Below are positions 37,228 to 37,269 of a stretch of 37,269 nucleotides of DNA, piece after piece. The stretch's first letter is position 1; each line of letters starts with the position of its first letter. A program made the position numbers and the translations under genes. Source of the stretch: Gemmatimonadales bacterium (GTDB taxonomy: Bacteria; Gemmatimonadota; Gemmatimonadetes; Gemmatimonadales; GWC2-71-9); assembly GCA_041615815.1 (NCBI GenBank), contig JBFJCP010000037.1:1-37269 (forward strand), written 5' to 3'. The notes below the pieces were generated by a model, which ran no database searches, was not told where the DNA came from, and saw nothing but the letters and a program-made list of their open reading frames with translations.

Positions 37228-37269
37228 GCAGCACGCAGGCGGCGGAGAGCATCCGTGACTTTTGCCAAG

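Overview
GC-rich bacterial chromosomal window; the gene repertoire suggests Gemmatimonadota (inference). No rRNA, tRNA, CRISPR array or transposase was recognised. Left to right: a truncated DASS transporter; a cluster of exported lipoproteins with two zinc metalloproteases (an Ig-repeat gluzincin and an M6 protease); a PAP2 phosphatase divergent from a translationally coupled four-gene operon that looks like a complete sphingolipid pathway (Spt, GNAT ceramide synthase, SDR reductase, AUR1/IPC-synthase-like transferase); a copper module (plastocyanin-like lipoprotein behind a Rex/CRP-type palindrome, a DedA-like protein and a secreted protein with all six PHM/DBM-type copper ligands); a Cys-rich YkgJ-like gene and a rhodanese-MBL fusion; a TonB-like gene; VIT-vWA, ECF sigma and zinc anti-sigma genes; XdhC and AhpD-like genes; an alternative complex III operon (actABCDEF) whose ActB keeps the N-terminal Fe-S motif; and an OSBS/NAAAR-like enolase coupled to a DHODH-like protein. 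Degenerate 7-mer and 8-mer arrays recur in inverted pairs, including a perfect 32-bp inverted repeat. All family calls come from motifs read by eye; no database searches were run.
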